Translations under genes and position numbers: made by a program | Notes under the pieces: generated by a model | Databases searched by the model: none | What the model was told of the DNA's origin: nothing | What the model saw: the letters and a program-made list of their open reading frames with translations, nothing else | Assembly (NCBI GenBank): GCA_963782055.1 | Contig: CAWAIF010000003.1 | Span: forward strand, 2,400,001-2,464,000 | DNA from: an uncultured delta proteobacterium | GTDB taxonomy: Bacteria; Myxococcota_A; Polyangia; Polyangiales; Polyangiaceae | Length of the DNA: 64,000 nucleotides | Reading direction: 5' to 3' | Shown here: piece by piece, positions 50,792 through 59,595 of the stretch | Numbering within the stretch: the stretch's first letter is position 1 | How the letters are laid out: every line of letters begins with the position of its first letter

Positions 50792-51946
50792 ATGAATGTG
50801 TTCTTTCAGCGGTCGCTCCGGCTGCCGTCGCCCGGCGAGGAGACGTTCTTCCTCTGGGGCCCGCGTCAGACCGGCAAGAGCACGCTGCTGCGCGAGACCT
50901 ACCCACACGCCATGTGGGTGGACCTGCTGAAGGCGGATGAGTACAGGCGCTACCTCGAACGCCCGGAGCTCCTGAGAGAGGAGCTCGCGGCGCAGAGCAC
51001 GGCGCAGATCGTCATCGACGAGGTGCAGAAGGTGCCCGCCCTCCTCGACGAGGTCCACTGGCTCCACGAGAACCGCAAGGCCCAGTTCGCGCTGTGCGGC
51101 TCCAGCGCGCGCAAGGTACGGCGCGGGGCCGCCAACCTGCTCGGCGGCCGGGCGGTGCGCTATGAGCTGCTGGGCCTCACCGCTGGGGAGATGGGCGGGG
51201 ACTTCGACCTGGACCGCATGCTGCGCCATGGCTACCTCCCGCGGGTCTACGAGTCGGAGAGACCGGCGCCGCTGCTCGCCGCGTACGTCGGCGACTACCT
51301 GCGCGAAGAGATCGCGGCGGAGGGCCTGGTGCGCAACCTGCCGGTGTTCTCCCGCTTCCTCGATGCGGCGGCGCTCTCCGACGGCGACCTGGTCAACTTC
51401 TCCAACATCGCGCGTGACTGCGGGGTCTCCGGCCCGACGGTGAAGGGCTACTTCGAGATCCTGGAGGACACGCTCATCGGCACATGGCTTTCGGCGTACA
51501 CGAAGCGACCGAAGCGGCGCGTCATCCTGGCGCCCAAGTTCTACTTCGCGGACGTGGGGATCGTGAACCGGCTGGCGAAGCGGGGGCGGGTAGAGCGTGG
51601 TGGCGAGCTCTACGGCAAGGCCTTCGAGAACTGGGTCTTTCACGAGCTGCGGGCGCGCCGCGCCTACTTCGAGCCCGACGTGGAGCTCTCCTACTGGCGG
51701 CTCGCCAGCGGGATCGAGGTGGACTTCGTCGTGGACGACATGCGCGTGGCCATCGAGGCGAAGGCGAGCGGCAGGATCACCAGCGACCACCTCGGCGGTC
51801 TGCGGCAGCTCGTGGTGGACCATCCTCGCGTGAGGCGCAGAGTGGTGGTGTGCCTGGAGCCCCGCCGCCGGCGGACGCCGGACGGGATCGACATCCTTCC
51901 GGTGGCCGCATTCCTGGACGAGCTCGCGGCCGGGCGCCTGGTATAG
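50792..51946 (+). CDS. AAA_14 ATPase with DUF4143 C-terminal domain
   Basis: GPRQTGKST, IDEVQ, LCGSS, KFYFADVG, FENWV, EVDFV..IEAK. Confidence 0.92.
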   Translation: MNVFFQRSLRLPSPGEETFFLWGPRQTGKSTLLRETYPHAMWVDLLKADEYRRYLERPELLREELAAQSTAQIVIDEVQKVPALLDEVHWLHENRKAQFALCGSSARKVRRGAANLLGGRAVRYELLGLTAGEMGGDFDLDRMLRHGYLPRVYESERPAPLLAAYVGDYLREEIAAEGLVRNLPVFSRFLDAAALSDGDLVNFSNIARDCGVSGPTVKGYFEILEDTLIGTWLSAYTKRPKRRVILAPKFYFADVGIVNRLAKRGRVERGGELYGKAFENWVFHELRARRAYFEPDVELSYWRLASGIEVDFVVDDMRVAIEAKASGRITSDHLGGLRQLVVDHPRVRRRVVVCLEPRRRRTPDGIDILPVAAFLDELAAGRLV

Positions 51947-51961
51947 CCCTGCCTGGCCGGG

Positions 51962-53110
51962 TCAGCGGGACGAGGCGAGGAGCTGCTCGTAGAGGTCCGC
52001 CCAGCGTGACCACGTCGTCTCGTTCGTGAAGTGCTTCAGGATGCGCTCGCGTCCGGCGCGGCCGTGGGCCTCGCGGAGCGGAGCGTCCCCTGCGTAGCGC
52101 GACAGCGCCTCGCCGAGCGCGCCCGTGTCGTGCTTGGGGACGAGAAGGCCGGTCGACCCGTCGGCGACCGCGTCGACGACGCCGGTCACGCGGTAGCCCA
52201 CGACCGGCAGCTCCGCGGCGGCCGCCTCGAGCGGCGCGTTGGGCATGCCCTCCCGGTACGAAGGAAAGAGGAGCGTGTCCATGGCGGCGTAGTAGGGCGC
52301 GGGATCGTCGACGCTGCCCGCCATCGCCACCCGAGGGTGCGCCTTCAGGCGGCGAGCGAGATCGTCCGGCAGGGCGTCGCCTGCGAGGTCCCCACCCACG
52401 ACGAGCAGCCACGCGGAGGGGGTGCGCTCCAGCGCCTCGAGCATGTCGCTCACGCCCTTGTCCGCCACCAGACGTCCCACGAACCCGGCCACGAAGGCGC
52501 CCCGTGGGATGCCGAAGCGCGCTCGCACCTCCGCCGCCGTCGCGCGTGTCTCGCCGCGCGCGCGGAAGCGCTCCGGGTCCACGCCGTTGGAGGGGATGAC
52601 CGAGATGCTTCGCCCCGCCGTCAGTCGCTGCTCGATCAGCACGCGCCGCACGCTCTCGCTCCCGCACACCACGTGCGTCGCGCACGCCGCCGCCAGCCGC
52701 TCCGTCTGCTGGAAGACGCGGCGTCGCAGCCCTTCGAGTCCCTCGAAGCGGAGTCCGCGCACCAGGTACACCCTCGCGGGGATCCGCAGGCCGCGGGAGG
52801 CGACCATCCCGATGAGCCCCGCCTTCGCCGTGCTGGCGTTCACGATGTCCGGTCGCAGCCGGCGCAACGCCGACGCCACGCGCGCCAGCGCCGCGGGGCC
52901 CTCGTGCAGCCGGACGCTGCGGCTCATGGGCACCCCGACGGTTCGAACCCCCTGCTCCCGGACGGCGTCGAGCTCCGGCCCGGGCGAGGCGATGACGGTC
53001 ACGTCGAAGCCCCGGTCGCGCAGGTACGCGAGCTGCCCGCGGAGCAGGACCTTGGCGGTGACCCCGTGGGTCACGAGGTAGACGAGGCGGCGGGCACGAG
53101 AGCGGTTCAC
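51962..53110 (-). CDS. Glycosyltransferase family 4 (PglA/CapM-like)
   Basis: LRGQLAYL, STAKAG, FVGRLVADKG, FPSYREGMPNAPLEA. Confidence 0.92.
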   Translation of the reverse strand: MNRSRARRLVYLVTHGVTAKVLLRGQLAYLRDRGFDVTVIASPGPELDAVREQGVRTVGVPMSRSVRLHEGPAALARVASALRRLRPDIVNASTAKAGLIGMVASRGLRIPARVYLVRGLRFEGLEGLRRRVFQQTERLAAACATHVVCGSESVRRVLIEQRLTAGRSISVIPSNGVDPERFRARGETRATAAEVRARFGIPRGAFVAGFVGRLVADKGVSDMLEALERTPSAWLLVVGGDLAGDALPDDLARRLKAHPRVAMAGSVDDPAPYYAAMDTLLFPSYREGMPNAPLEAAAAELPVVGYRVTGVVDAVADGSTGLLVPKHDTGALGEALSRYAGDAPLREAHGRAGRERILKHFTNETTWSRWADLYEQLLASSR

Positions 53111-54054
53111 GCGGCCAGATCACCCATGGTCACGCTCTCCATCCGCCCGCGGCGGCGGAGGGCGTCCAGGTGGTCGAGAACGGCCTCCAGCACGCGCATG
53201 TTCTCCCGGAGGTGGACGCCGAAGTTGTGAGGGTGCCACCAGAGGTGGAAGCACTCGTCGCGGTCGGCGGCGGCGGTGATGGCGCGCTTGATCCGCGCGA
53301 CGCGCAGGCGGTCGAGGTGGCGGAGCCGAGGAGAGTAGGGCCGCAGGAAGACACTCGCCGGTACGTCGGTGAGACCGTCGCCGGTCGCGCGGACGCGGTG
53401 CGTCTGCGCCCCGCTCAAGGGCAGGTAGCTGTCGACCAGGCGGGCGGCTCGGCGGGACACCGGCTCGCGTGTCGTGCCCGGCGCATACGCCCAGTACCGC
53501 GGGTTGGAGCGGTAGGCGCGGATGCCGCGCTGGCGCATCACGTCGCGGTAGCCCGGGTTGTACTGGTTGCGTGGAAAGACGAGGCTGCGCACGCCCCCGA
53601 ACGGCTCGGCGAGGCGCTGCGCGACTTCCAGGTCCGCGTCGAAGTCTTCTGCCGTCTGCCCGGCCTCCAGGCAGTAGAAGTGCGAGAAGGTATGGGTGGC
53701 GAGCTCCTGTCCCGGCGTCCTCGCGATGGCCTCGACGAGGCCTGGGGCGAAGTGGAAAGGATCGGACCGCTCGTCCTCACCGACCTCGTGCATCGCCGCG
53801 TATGGGGAGAGCCGCACATCCCGGTAGATGGGCCTGCGCTCGGGCATCGCCTGCGCGAGCTCTCGCTTGGTCCCGCAGAAGAGCGCGCCCACCGTTGCCC
53901 ACGTCGCACGGACTCCTCGCTTCTCGAAGGTCCGCAGCAGCGCCTCCACGGCGATGCGCTCGCCCAGGAGGTTCTCGCGGTATCGCGAGAGCGGCACCAC
54001 ATCGCGTACGCCCCAGAACAGCTCGAAGTCGAGCGAGACGACGAAGCTCCCCAT
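53107..54054 (-). CDS. Polysaccharide deacetylase family protein
   Basis: FVVSLDFELFWG, ATWATVG, ELATHTFSH, VFPRNQ, HLWWHPHNFG. Confidence 0.9.
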   Translation of the reverse strand: MGSFVVSLDFELFWGVRDVVPLSRYRENLLGERIAVEALLRTFEKRGVRATWATVGALFCGTKRELAQAMPERRPIYRDVRLSPYAAMHEVGEDERSDPFHFAPGLVEAIARTPGQELATHTFSHFYCLEAGQTAEDFDADLEVAQRLAEPFGGVRSLVFPRNQYNPGYRDVMRQRGIRAYRSNPRYWAYAPGTTREPVSRRAARLVDSYLPLSGAQTHRVRATGDGLTDVPASVFLRPYSPRLRHLDRLRVARIKRAITAAADRDECFHLWWHPHNFGVHLRENMRVLEAVLDHLDALRRRGRMESVTMGDLAA

Positions 54055-54058
54055 GCCG

Positions 54059-56365
54059 TCAGTTGGGCGGCGGCGCGGCGTTGTTCGCCTGCTCGGCGTC
54101 CTCGGCCTCGTGCTCCTCGGTCGGCCCGTAGCCCTCGCGCCGGTAGTAGTAGTACTGGTTGTAGTAGTAGCTGTAGCTCGCCTTGGTGAGGTCCACCGCA
54201 TTGAGCACTGCGCCGAGGATGGGCGTGCCGATGTCACGCAGCGACCGCAGGCCCTGGCGTGCGAGGTGGTGGCTCGTCTTGGCCGCGCGGACGACGAAGA
54301 TGGTGCCGTCGACCAGCGTCGACACGATGGCGGAGTCGGTCACCGCGGCGAGGGGCGGGCTGTCGATCACGATGCGGTCGAAGTGGTCCAGCAGATCGTT
54401 CAGGAACTTCTTGAAGCGCTCCGACTGCAGCAGGTCCGCCGGGTTGGGGGGCGGGGGCCCCGCGGGGATGGTGTAGAGGTTGGGAATGGGGGTGCCGCCC
54501 TGGCCCGTGAGCGCAGGCCTGGCAACCTCCTCGATCGTCGCGTCCCCCACGAGGACCGCGGTCACGCCGGCGTCCCCGACGCGCCCGAAAATGCGGTGCA
54601 GGCGCGGACGGCGCAGATCGCAGTCGATGATGCACGTGCGCTTGCCACTCTGCGCGATCGCGATGGCGATGCTGCAGGCGACCGTGGTCTTGCCCTCCGA
54701 CGGGGCGGCGCTGGTCACCAGGATCTTCCGGTGCGGCCGGTCGGGGTTCATGAAGGTGAGGTTGGTGCGGATGCTACGCGCCGCCTCCGCCACCCCACTG
54801 AGAGGCTTCTCGTGAACGTGCAGCGCGGGATCCCCCGTCTGCGAGGGCGCTTCCTGCCGGCGCTTCCGGCGCTTCTTCTTCTTGCCGCCGTAGCCCCCGT
54901 ACGCGGGGGTATCGCCCTCGAGGGAGGGGAGCATGCCGAGGAAGGTCATGTTGAGGCGCGACTCGATGTCGGCCGGGGTCTTGAGGGAGGTATCGAGCTG
55001 CTCGCGTCCCACCGCCAGGCCGATGCCGAGAAGGAGGCCGACCAGGGACCCCACGCCCAGGTTGACCAGGGTGTTCGGTCGGATCGGGGCACGCGGCTCG
55101 ACCGGCTCGTCGACGACGTCGACGTTGTTGACCCGCATGCGGCGCGCCAGGTCCGCTTCCTTCTGCCGCTCGAGCAGCGTCGTGTACATCTTCTCGTTCT
55201 CTTCGCGCTGCCGGTCCAGGCGGTGGTACTCGAGCTCCTTCATGTTCAGGTCGACCGCGCGCTTGCGGGCGTCCTGGTAGAGCGAGTCCTCTCCCTGCTC
55301 CTGCAGCTTGATGACCGCCAGATCACGCGCCACCGCGCCCTTGATGTTGCTGACCTCGTCCACGAGCGCTCGCTTGGCCTGCACCACGCGCTCGTCCGCC
55401 GCCTTCACCAGGGGGTGATTCTCTCCCTTGCCAGCGGCGATGAGGTCCTCGCGGTCCTTCCGCGCCTGCAGGTACTCCGCGCGGAGCTGCTGGAGGAACA
55501 CGCTGTTGAGCAGCTCCGAAGCCGGAAGGACATCCACGTTGTCCATCGTGACCTTGGACAGCTCGGTGTAGCGGGCCTCCAGCTCCTTGCGCTTCGTCCG
55601 TGTCTGCGTGAGCGCGTCGTCGTAGCTCTGCATCTCGAGGCGGATCATCTTGCTGACCTCCTCGAGGGTGCTGGAAGGAAGATCGTTCTTCTGCTTGAAG
55701 TCGTGGAGCGCGTTCTCGCTGTTCTGCAGCTCGGTGTTGTAGTGGTCCACCTGACCGGAGAGCCAGAGCGCGGCGTCGGAGCTCTCGCTGATCCCCTTGT
55801 CCAGGTTGTGGTCCACGTAGGCGTGCGCGATGGAGTGGGCGAGCTGGGTCGCTTCCGCGGGGTCAGCGTCCTCCACGCGGACGTAGAACAGACGGCTGTT
55901 CTTCACGGGCTCGACCGTCGTCTTCCCGCGCAAGGTGAGGACCGCGTTCTCCTTCGCCAGCTTGCTCCCGGGCGCGGCACCCCCGTTGAACTTCGGGTTG
56001 CCCTGCAGACCAAGATCGCGCACCACCTTGGAGAGCACGGTGTCGCTCGTGATGATGGTGAACTGCGTCTGGTACATCTCCTGGCTGTCCAGGTAGAGCA
56101 TCCAGCCGCTCATCGGGTCGTTCTGGTTACCCATGGGGCGCACGGGGTTCGGGTCGAACTCCAGCATCGCCGAGGCCTGGTAGATGCGCGTGCGCGACTT
56201 GGTCCAGAGCAGCGCGGCCCCCGTCGCCAGCAGGGTGAGCGCCACGACCATCGGCCAATGTTTCAGGACCCCGAGGAGCAGGGCGCGCAGGTCCAGGCCC
56301 CCCTCGGACTCGGAGGAGGAGCTCGCCTGGGGGGCGGAGGGGAGGTCCGAGGGGTGGGCAGTCAT
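54059..56365 (-). CDS. wzc: Polysaccharide co-polymerase / BY tyrosine kinase
   Basis: Two TM segments with periplasmic coiled coil; EAARSIRT, TSAAPSEGKTT, DCDLRRP, DSPP; Tyr cluster YSYYYNQYYYY. Confidence 0.93.
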   Translation of the reverse strand: MTAHPSDLPSAPQASSSSESEGGLDLRALLLGVLKHWPMVVALTLLATGAALLWTKSRTRIYQASAMLEFDPNPVRPMGNQNDPMSGWMLYLDSQEMYQTQFTIITSDTVLSKVVRDLGLQGNPKFNGGAAPGSKLAKENAVLTLRGKTTVEPVKNSRLFYVRVEDADPAEATQLAHSIAHAYVDHNLDKGISESSDAALWLSGQVDHYNTELQNSENALHDFKQKNDLPSSTLEEVSKMIRLEMQSYDDALTQTRTKRKELEARYTELSKVTMDNVDVLPASELLNSVFLQQLRAEYLQARKDREDLIAAGKGENHPLVKAADERVVQAKRALVDEVSNIKGAVARDLAVIKLQEQGEDSLYQDARKRAVDLNMKELEYHRLDRQREENEKMYTTLLERQKEADLARRMRVNNVDVVDEPVEPRAPIRPNTLVNLGVGSLVGLLLGIGLAVGREQLDTSLKTPADIESRLNMTFLGMLPSLEGDTPAYGGYGGKKKKRRKRRQEAPSQTGDPALHVHEKPLSGVAEAARSIRTNLTFMNPDRPHRKILVTSAAPSEGKTTVACSIAIAIAQSGKRTCIIDCDLRRPRLHRIFGRVGDAGVTAVLVGDATIEEVARPALTGQGGTPIPNLYTIPAGPPPPNPADLLQSERFKKFLNDLLDHFDRIVIDSPPLAAVTDSAIVSTLVDGTIFVVRAAKTSHHLARQGLRSLRDIGTPILGAVLNAVDLTKASYSYYYNQYYYYRREGYGPTEEHEAEDAEQANNAAPPPN

Positions 56366-56559
56366 GCGAAAGAAGAGGTTTCCCTACACCGGGATGGCCA
56401 GAAGCGCCAGAAGTGAGGGCTGGCGAAGGCCCGGAGGCAGGCCGACAAGCGGGTCCTGGAGCGAGTTGGATGCGGTGACCCCGCCCGAAATTCAACGCGA
56501 TTTCCGCCAAATGTCCCTGGATGGAGCCGGCAACCAACGCTAGAACGAGAGCCCGCCGC

Positions 56560-57684
56560 ATGCCCAGGATTTACCTTTCGCCCCCGCACATGGGCCCCGA
56601 CGAGCGCGGGCTGCTCCTGGAGGCGTTCGACTCCAACTGGGTCGCCCCCCTCGGACCCCACGTGGACGCCTTCGAGCGGGAGTTCGCGGAGTACACCAAG
56701 GTCCCCCACGCCACCGCGCTCGCGAGCGGGACGGGGGGCCTGCACCTCGCGCTGGTGATGCTGGGGGTTGGACGGGGTGACGCCGTGCTCACCTCCACCC
56801 TGACCTTCGCGGCCACGGCCAACGCCATCAGGTACGTCGGCGCGGAGCCGGTCTTCGTCGACGCCGAGCGGGAGAGCTGGAACATGGACCCCGAGCTGCT
56901 GGCGCAGGAGCTGGAGGACCGCGCCCGGCAGGGCAAGCTCCCGAAGGCGGTGGTCGTCGTGGATCTGTACGGGCAGTGCGCCGATCACGATCGCATCGCC
57001 GAAGCCTGTGCTCGGCACGACGTGCCCATCATCGAGGACGCGGCGGAGGCGCTGGGCGCGACGTACAAGGATCGGAGCGCCGGCGCGATGGGGAAGGTCG
57101 GCGTCTTCTCCTTCAACGGAAACAAGATCATCACCACCGGCGGCGGTGGGATGCTCGTCGCGCACGACGAGGCGCTCACCGACCGCGCGCGCTTCCTCGC
57201 CACGCAGGCGCGCGATCCGGCGCCGCACTACCAGCACTCGCATGTAGGATACAACTACCGCCTCTCCAACCTGCTCGCCGCGGTGGGACGCGGGCAGCTC
57301 CGCGTTCTGCCGGACCGGGTGCGGCAACGGCGCGCGAACAACGCCTTCTACCGGCAGGCGCTCGGTGATCTGCCGGGCGTCACCTTCCATCCGGAGGCGC
57401 CGTGGGGTCGCTCCACCGCGTGGCTCACCTGCTTGCAGATCGACCCCCCGGCCTTCGGCAAGACGCGGGAGGACGTGCGCCTCGCGCTCGGCGCGAAGGA
57501 GATCGAGGCGAGGCCGGTGTGGAAGCCCATGCACATGCAGCCCATCTTCAAGGAGTGTCGCGCGGTGGGCGGCGCCGTCGCGGAGGAGCTCTTCGAGAGG
57601 GGACTCTGCCTGCCGAGCGGGAGCGCGCTGACGCCGGCGGAGCGCGAGGAAGTGGCCGGGATCGTGCGGTCGGTGCGGAGCTAG
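56560..57684 (+). CDS. DegT/DnrJ/EryC1/StrS aminotransferase (PglE/EpsN-like)
   Basis: IYLSPPHM, SGTGGLHLAL, EDAAEALG, SFNGNKIITTGGGG, GYNYRLSN, CLPSG. Confidence 0.95.
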   Translation: MPRIYLSPPHMGPDERGLLLEAFDSNWVAPLGPHVDAFEREFAEYTKVPHATALASGTGGLHLALVMLGVGRGDAVLTSTLTFAATANAIRYVGAEPVFVDAERESWNMDPELLAQELEDRARQGKLPKAVVVVDLYGQCADHDRIAEACARHDVPIIEDAAEALGATYKDRSAGAMGKVGVFSFNGNKIITTGGGGMLVAHDEALTDRARFLATQARDPAPHYQHSHVGYNYRLSNLLAAVGRGQLRVLPDRVRQRRANNAFYRQALGDLPGVTFHPEAPWGRSTAWLTCLQIDPPAFGKTREDVRLALGAKEIEARPVWKPMHMQPIFKECRAVGGAVAEELFERGLCLPSGSALTPAEREEVAGIVRSVRS

Positions 57685-57690
57685 CCATCC

Positions 57691-59595
57691 GTGTGCGGCA
57701 TCGCCGGCTTCTTCGGGCTACCGCTGGATGACGCCGGCGCGCAGGCGCTCGTCGCCCGGATGGGCGAGCGCATCCGCCATCGCGGCCCGGACGGAGACGG
57801 CGCCACCGCGAAGGACGGCGTCGCCCTCGCCATGGTGCGCCTCGCCATCGTGGACGTGGAGCACGGCAAGCAGCCGATGCTGACGGACGACGGCGCGATC
57901 GCACTGGTCTTCAACGGGGAGATCTACAACGCGCCGGCGCTGCGCAAGGAGCTGGAGCGCGAGGGCGTGCGCTTCCACACCCGCAGCGACACCGAGGTGA
58001 TCCTGCGTCTCTACGAGCGCAACCCCGATGACGTGGAGCGGCACCTTCGCGGGATGTGGGCCTTCGCGGTGCACGACCGGCGGCGCAAGCGGCTGGTGCT
58101 CAGCCGGGACCGCTTCGGCATCAAGCCGCTGTACGTCTGCGATCGCGGGGTCGCCGTCGCGTTCGGCTCGGAGCTCCGCGCGCTCGAACCGGTGCGCGCC
58201 TTCGACGTCTTCGCGCCGGCGTTCTCCATCGACCACGGCTCCGCCCACGCGATGCTCTCCTGGGCGTACATCCCCAACGAGGAGACGATCTACGAGGGCG
58301 TGAAGAAGCTCGCCCCGTCCACGCGGCTGGAGATCGATCTGGTCAGCGGTGCGCGCAAGACGACGCGCTACTACCGCGTCGGCCATTCCGACGACGCGGC
58401 GCGGGTCCGCAGCCTGGACGAGGCGTGCGAGCTGGTGGAGCCGCTGCTCAGGGCGGCGGTGCGCGAGCACCTGGAGAGCGACGTCCCGGTGGCGGCGTTC
58501 CTGAGCGGCGGGATCGACTCTTCCCTCGTGCTCGCGTACGCGGCGGAGCAGTCGGACCGCCCCATCCGCGCCTTCACCATCGGCTTCAAGGAGAAGCGCT
58601 TCGACGAGTCGCCTTTCGCGCGGGCGGTGGCGCGCAAGCTGGGCGTCGACCTGCACGTCGAGCTCTTCGACGAGGACATGGCACGCGCGTCGCTGGAGGA
58701 GGCGATGGCGGCGTACGACGAGCCCTTCGGGGATTCGTCCAGCCTGGCGACGTACTTGCTGTCGAAGGTGGTGGCGCGCACGCACAAGGTGGCGCTGGGT
58801 GGCGACGGCGGGGACGAGGTCTTCGCGGGCTACGCCAAGCACAAGATCGTCCGCATGCGCGAGGCGGTCGCGCGGGTGCCGCGCCTGCGGGAGCTGGGCG
58901 CGCGGGCCCTGATGGCGCTGCCGGCGCGGACGGACAGGTCGAGCGCGTACACCGACGCGCTGCGGGTGGCGCGGAAGGTGGCGCGGGGGCTCCAGGGGGA
59001 CGACGCGCACGCCTACGTGGCGCTGACACAGGTCGCTTCGCTGCAGAAGACGGCGCAGCTCGTGGTGCGGCCCGCCGACCCAGCGCGGTTCGAGGGCCCG
59101 CTCCTGCGCGCCTTCGAGGAGGCGGGCGGCTCGCAGCTCCGGCGCACGCTCACGGTGGACCTGGCGAACTCGCTGCCCAACGACATGCTGACGAAGGTGG
59201 ACCGCGCGAGCATGGCGCGGCACCTGGAGGCCCGCGTTCCCTTCCTGGACCACAGGCTGGTCGAGGCGGGCCTGTCGCTGCCGGCGGAGTTCACGCTGTT
59301 CGGGGGCGGGAAGCGGGTGACGAAGGCGCTGTACGAGCGACGGTTCGGGAGGGAGCTGGCGCGGCGGAAGAAGATGGGGTTCGGGGTCCCGGTGGAGCGC
59401 TGGATGAGGGGGCCGCTGGCGGCGCTGATCAACAGGCTAAGTCCTCAGCAGCAGCCACTCGGTGAATCGCGGCAGATCTACTTCGACGTCGCGGCCGGAT
59501 GGCGCCGCGACCCTCAGATCATGTGGCATTTGTTCAGCGCTGAGCTATGGCTGACTGCCTCCCGGAGCAAGCTTGCAGATGCGAGGCGCGGGTGA
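57691..59595 (+). CDS. asnB: Asparagine synthase (glutamine-hydrolysing) family amidotransferase
   Basis: (M)CGIAG, HRGPDG, FNGEIYN, RDRFGIKPLY, LSGGIDSS, GDGGDEVFAGY, KVDRASM..LEARVPFLD. Confidence 0.94.
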   Translation: MCGIAGFFGLPLDDAGAQALVARMGERIRHRGPDGDGATAKDGVALAMVRLAIVDVEHGKQPMLTDDGAIALVFNGEIYNAPALRKELEREGVRFHTRSDTEVILRLYERNPDDVERHLRGMWAFAVHDRRRKRLVLSRDRFGIKPLYVCDRGVAVAFGSELRALEPVRAFDVFAPAFSIDHGSAHAMLSWAYIPNEETIYEGVKKLAPSTRLEIDLVSGARKTTRYYRVGHSDDAARVRSLDEACELVEPLLRAAVREHLESDVPVAAFLSGGIDSSLVLAYAAEQSDRPIRAFTIGFKEKRFDESPFARAVARKLGVDLHVELFDEDMARASLEEAMAAYDEPFGDSSSLATYLLSKVVARTHKVALGGDGGDEVFAGYAKHKIVRMREAVARVPRLRELGARALMALPARTDRSSAYTDALRVARKVARGLQGDDAHAYVALTQVASLQKTAQLVVRPADPARFEGPLLRAFEEAGGSQLRRTLTVDLANSLPNDMLTKVDRASMARHLEARVPFLDHRLVEAGLSLPAEFTLFGGGKRVTKALYERRFGRELARRKKMGFGVPVERWMRGPLAALINRLSPQQQPLGESRQIYFDVAAGWRRDPQIMWHLFSAELWLTASRSKLADARRG

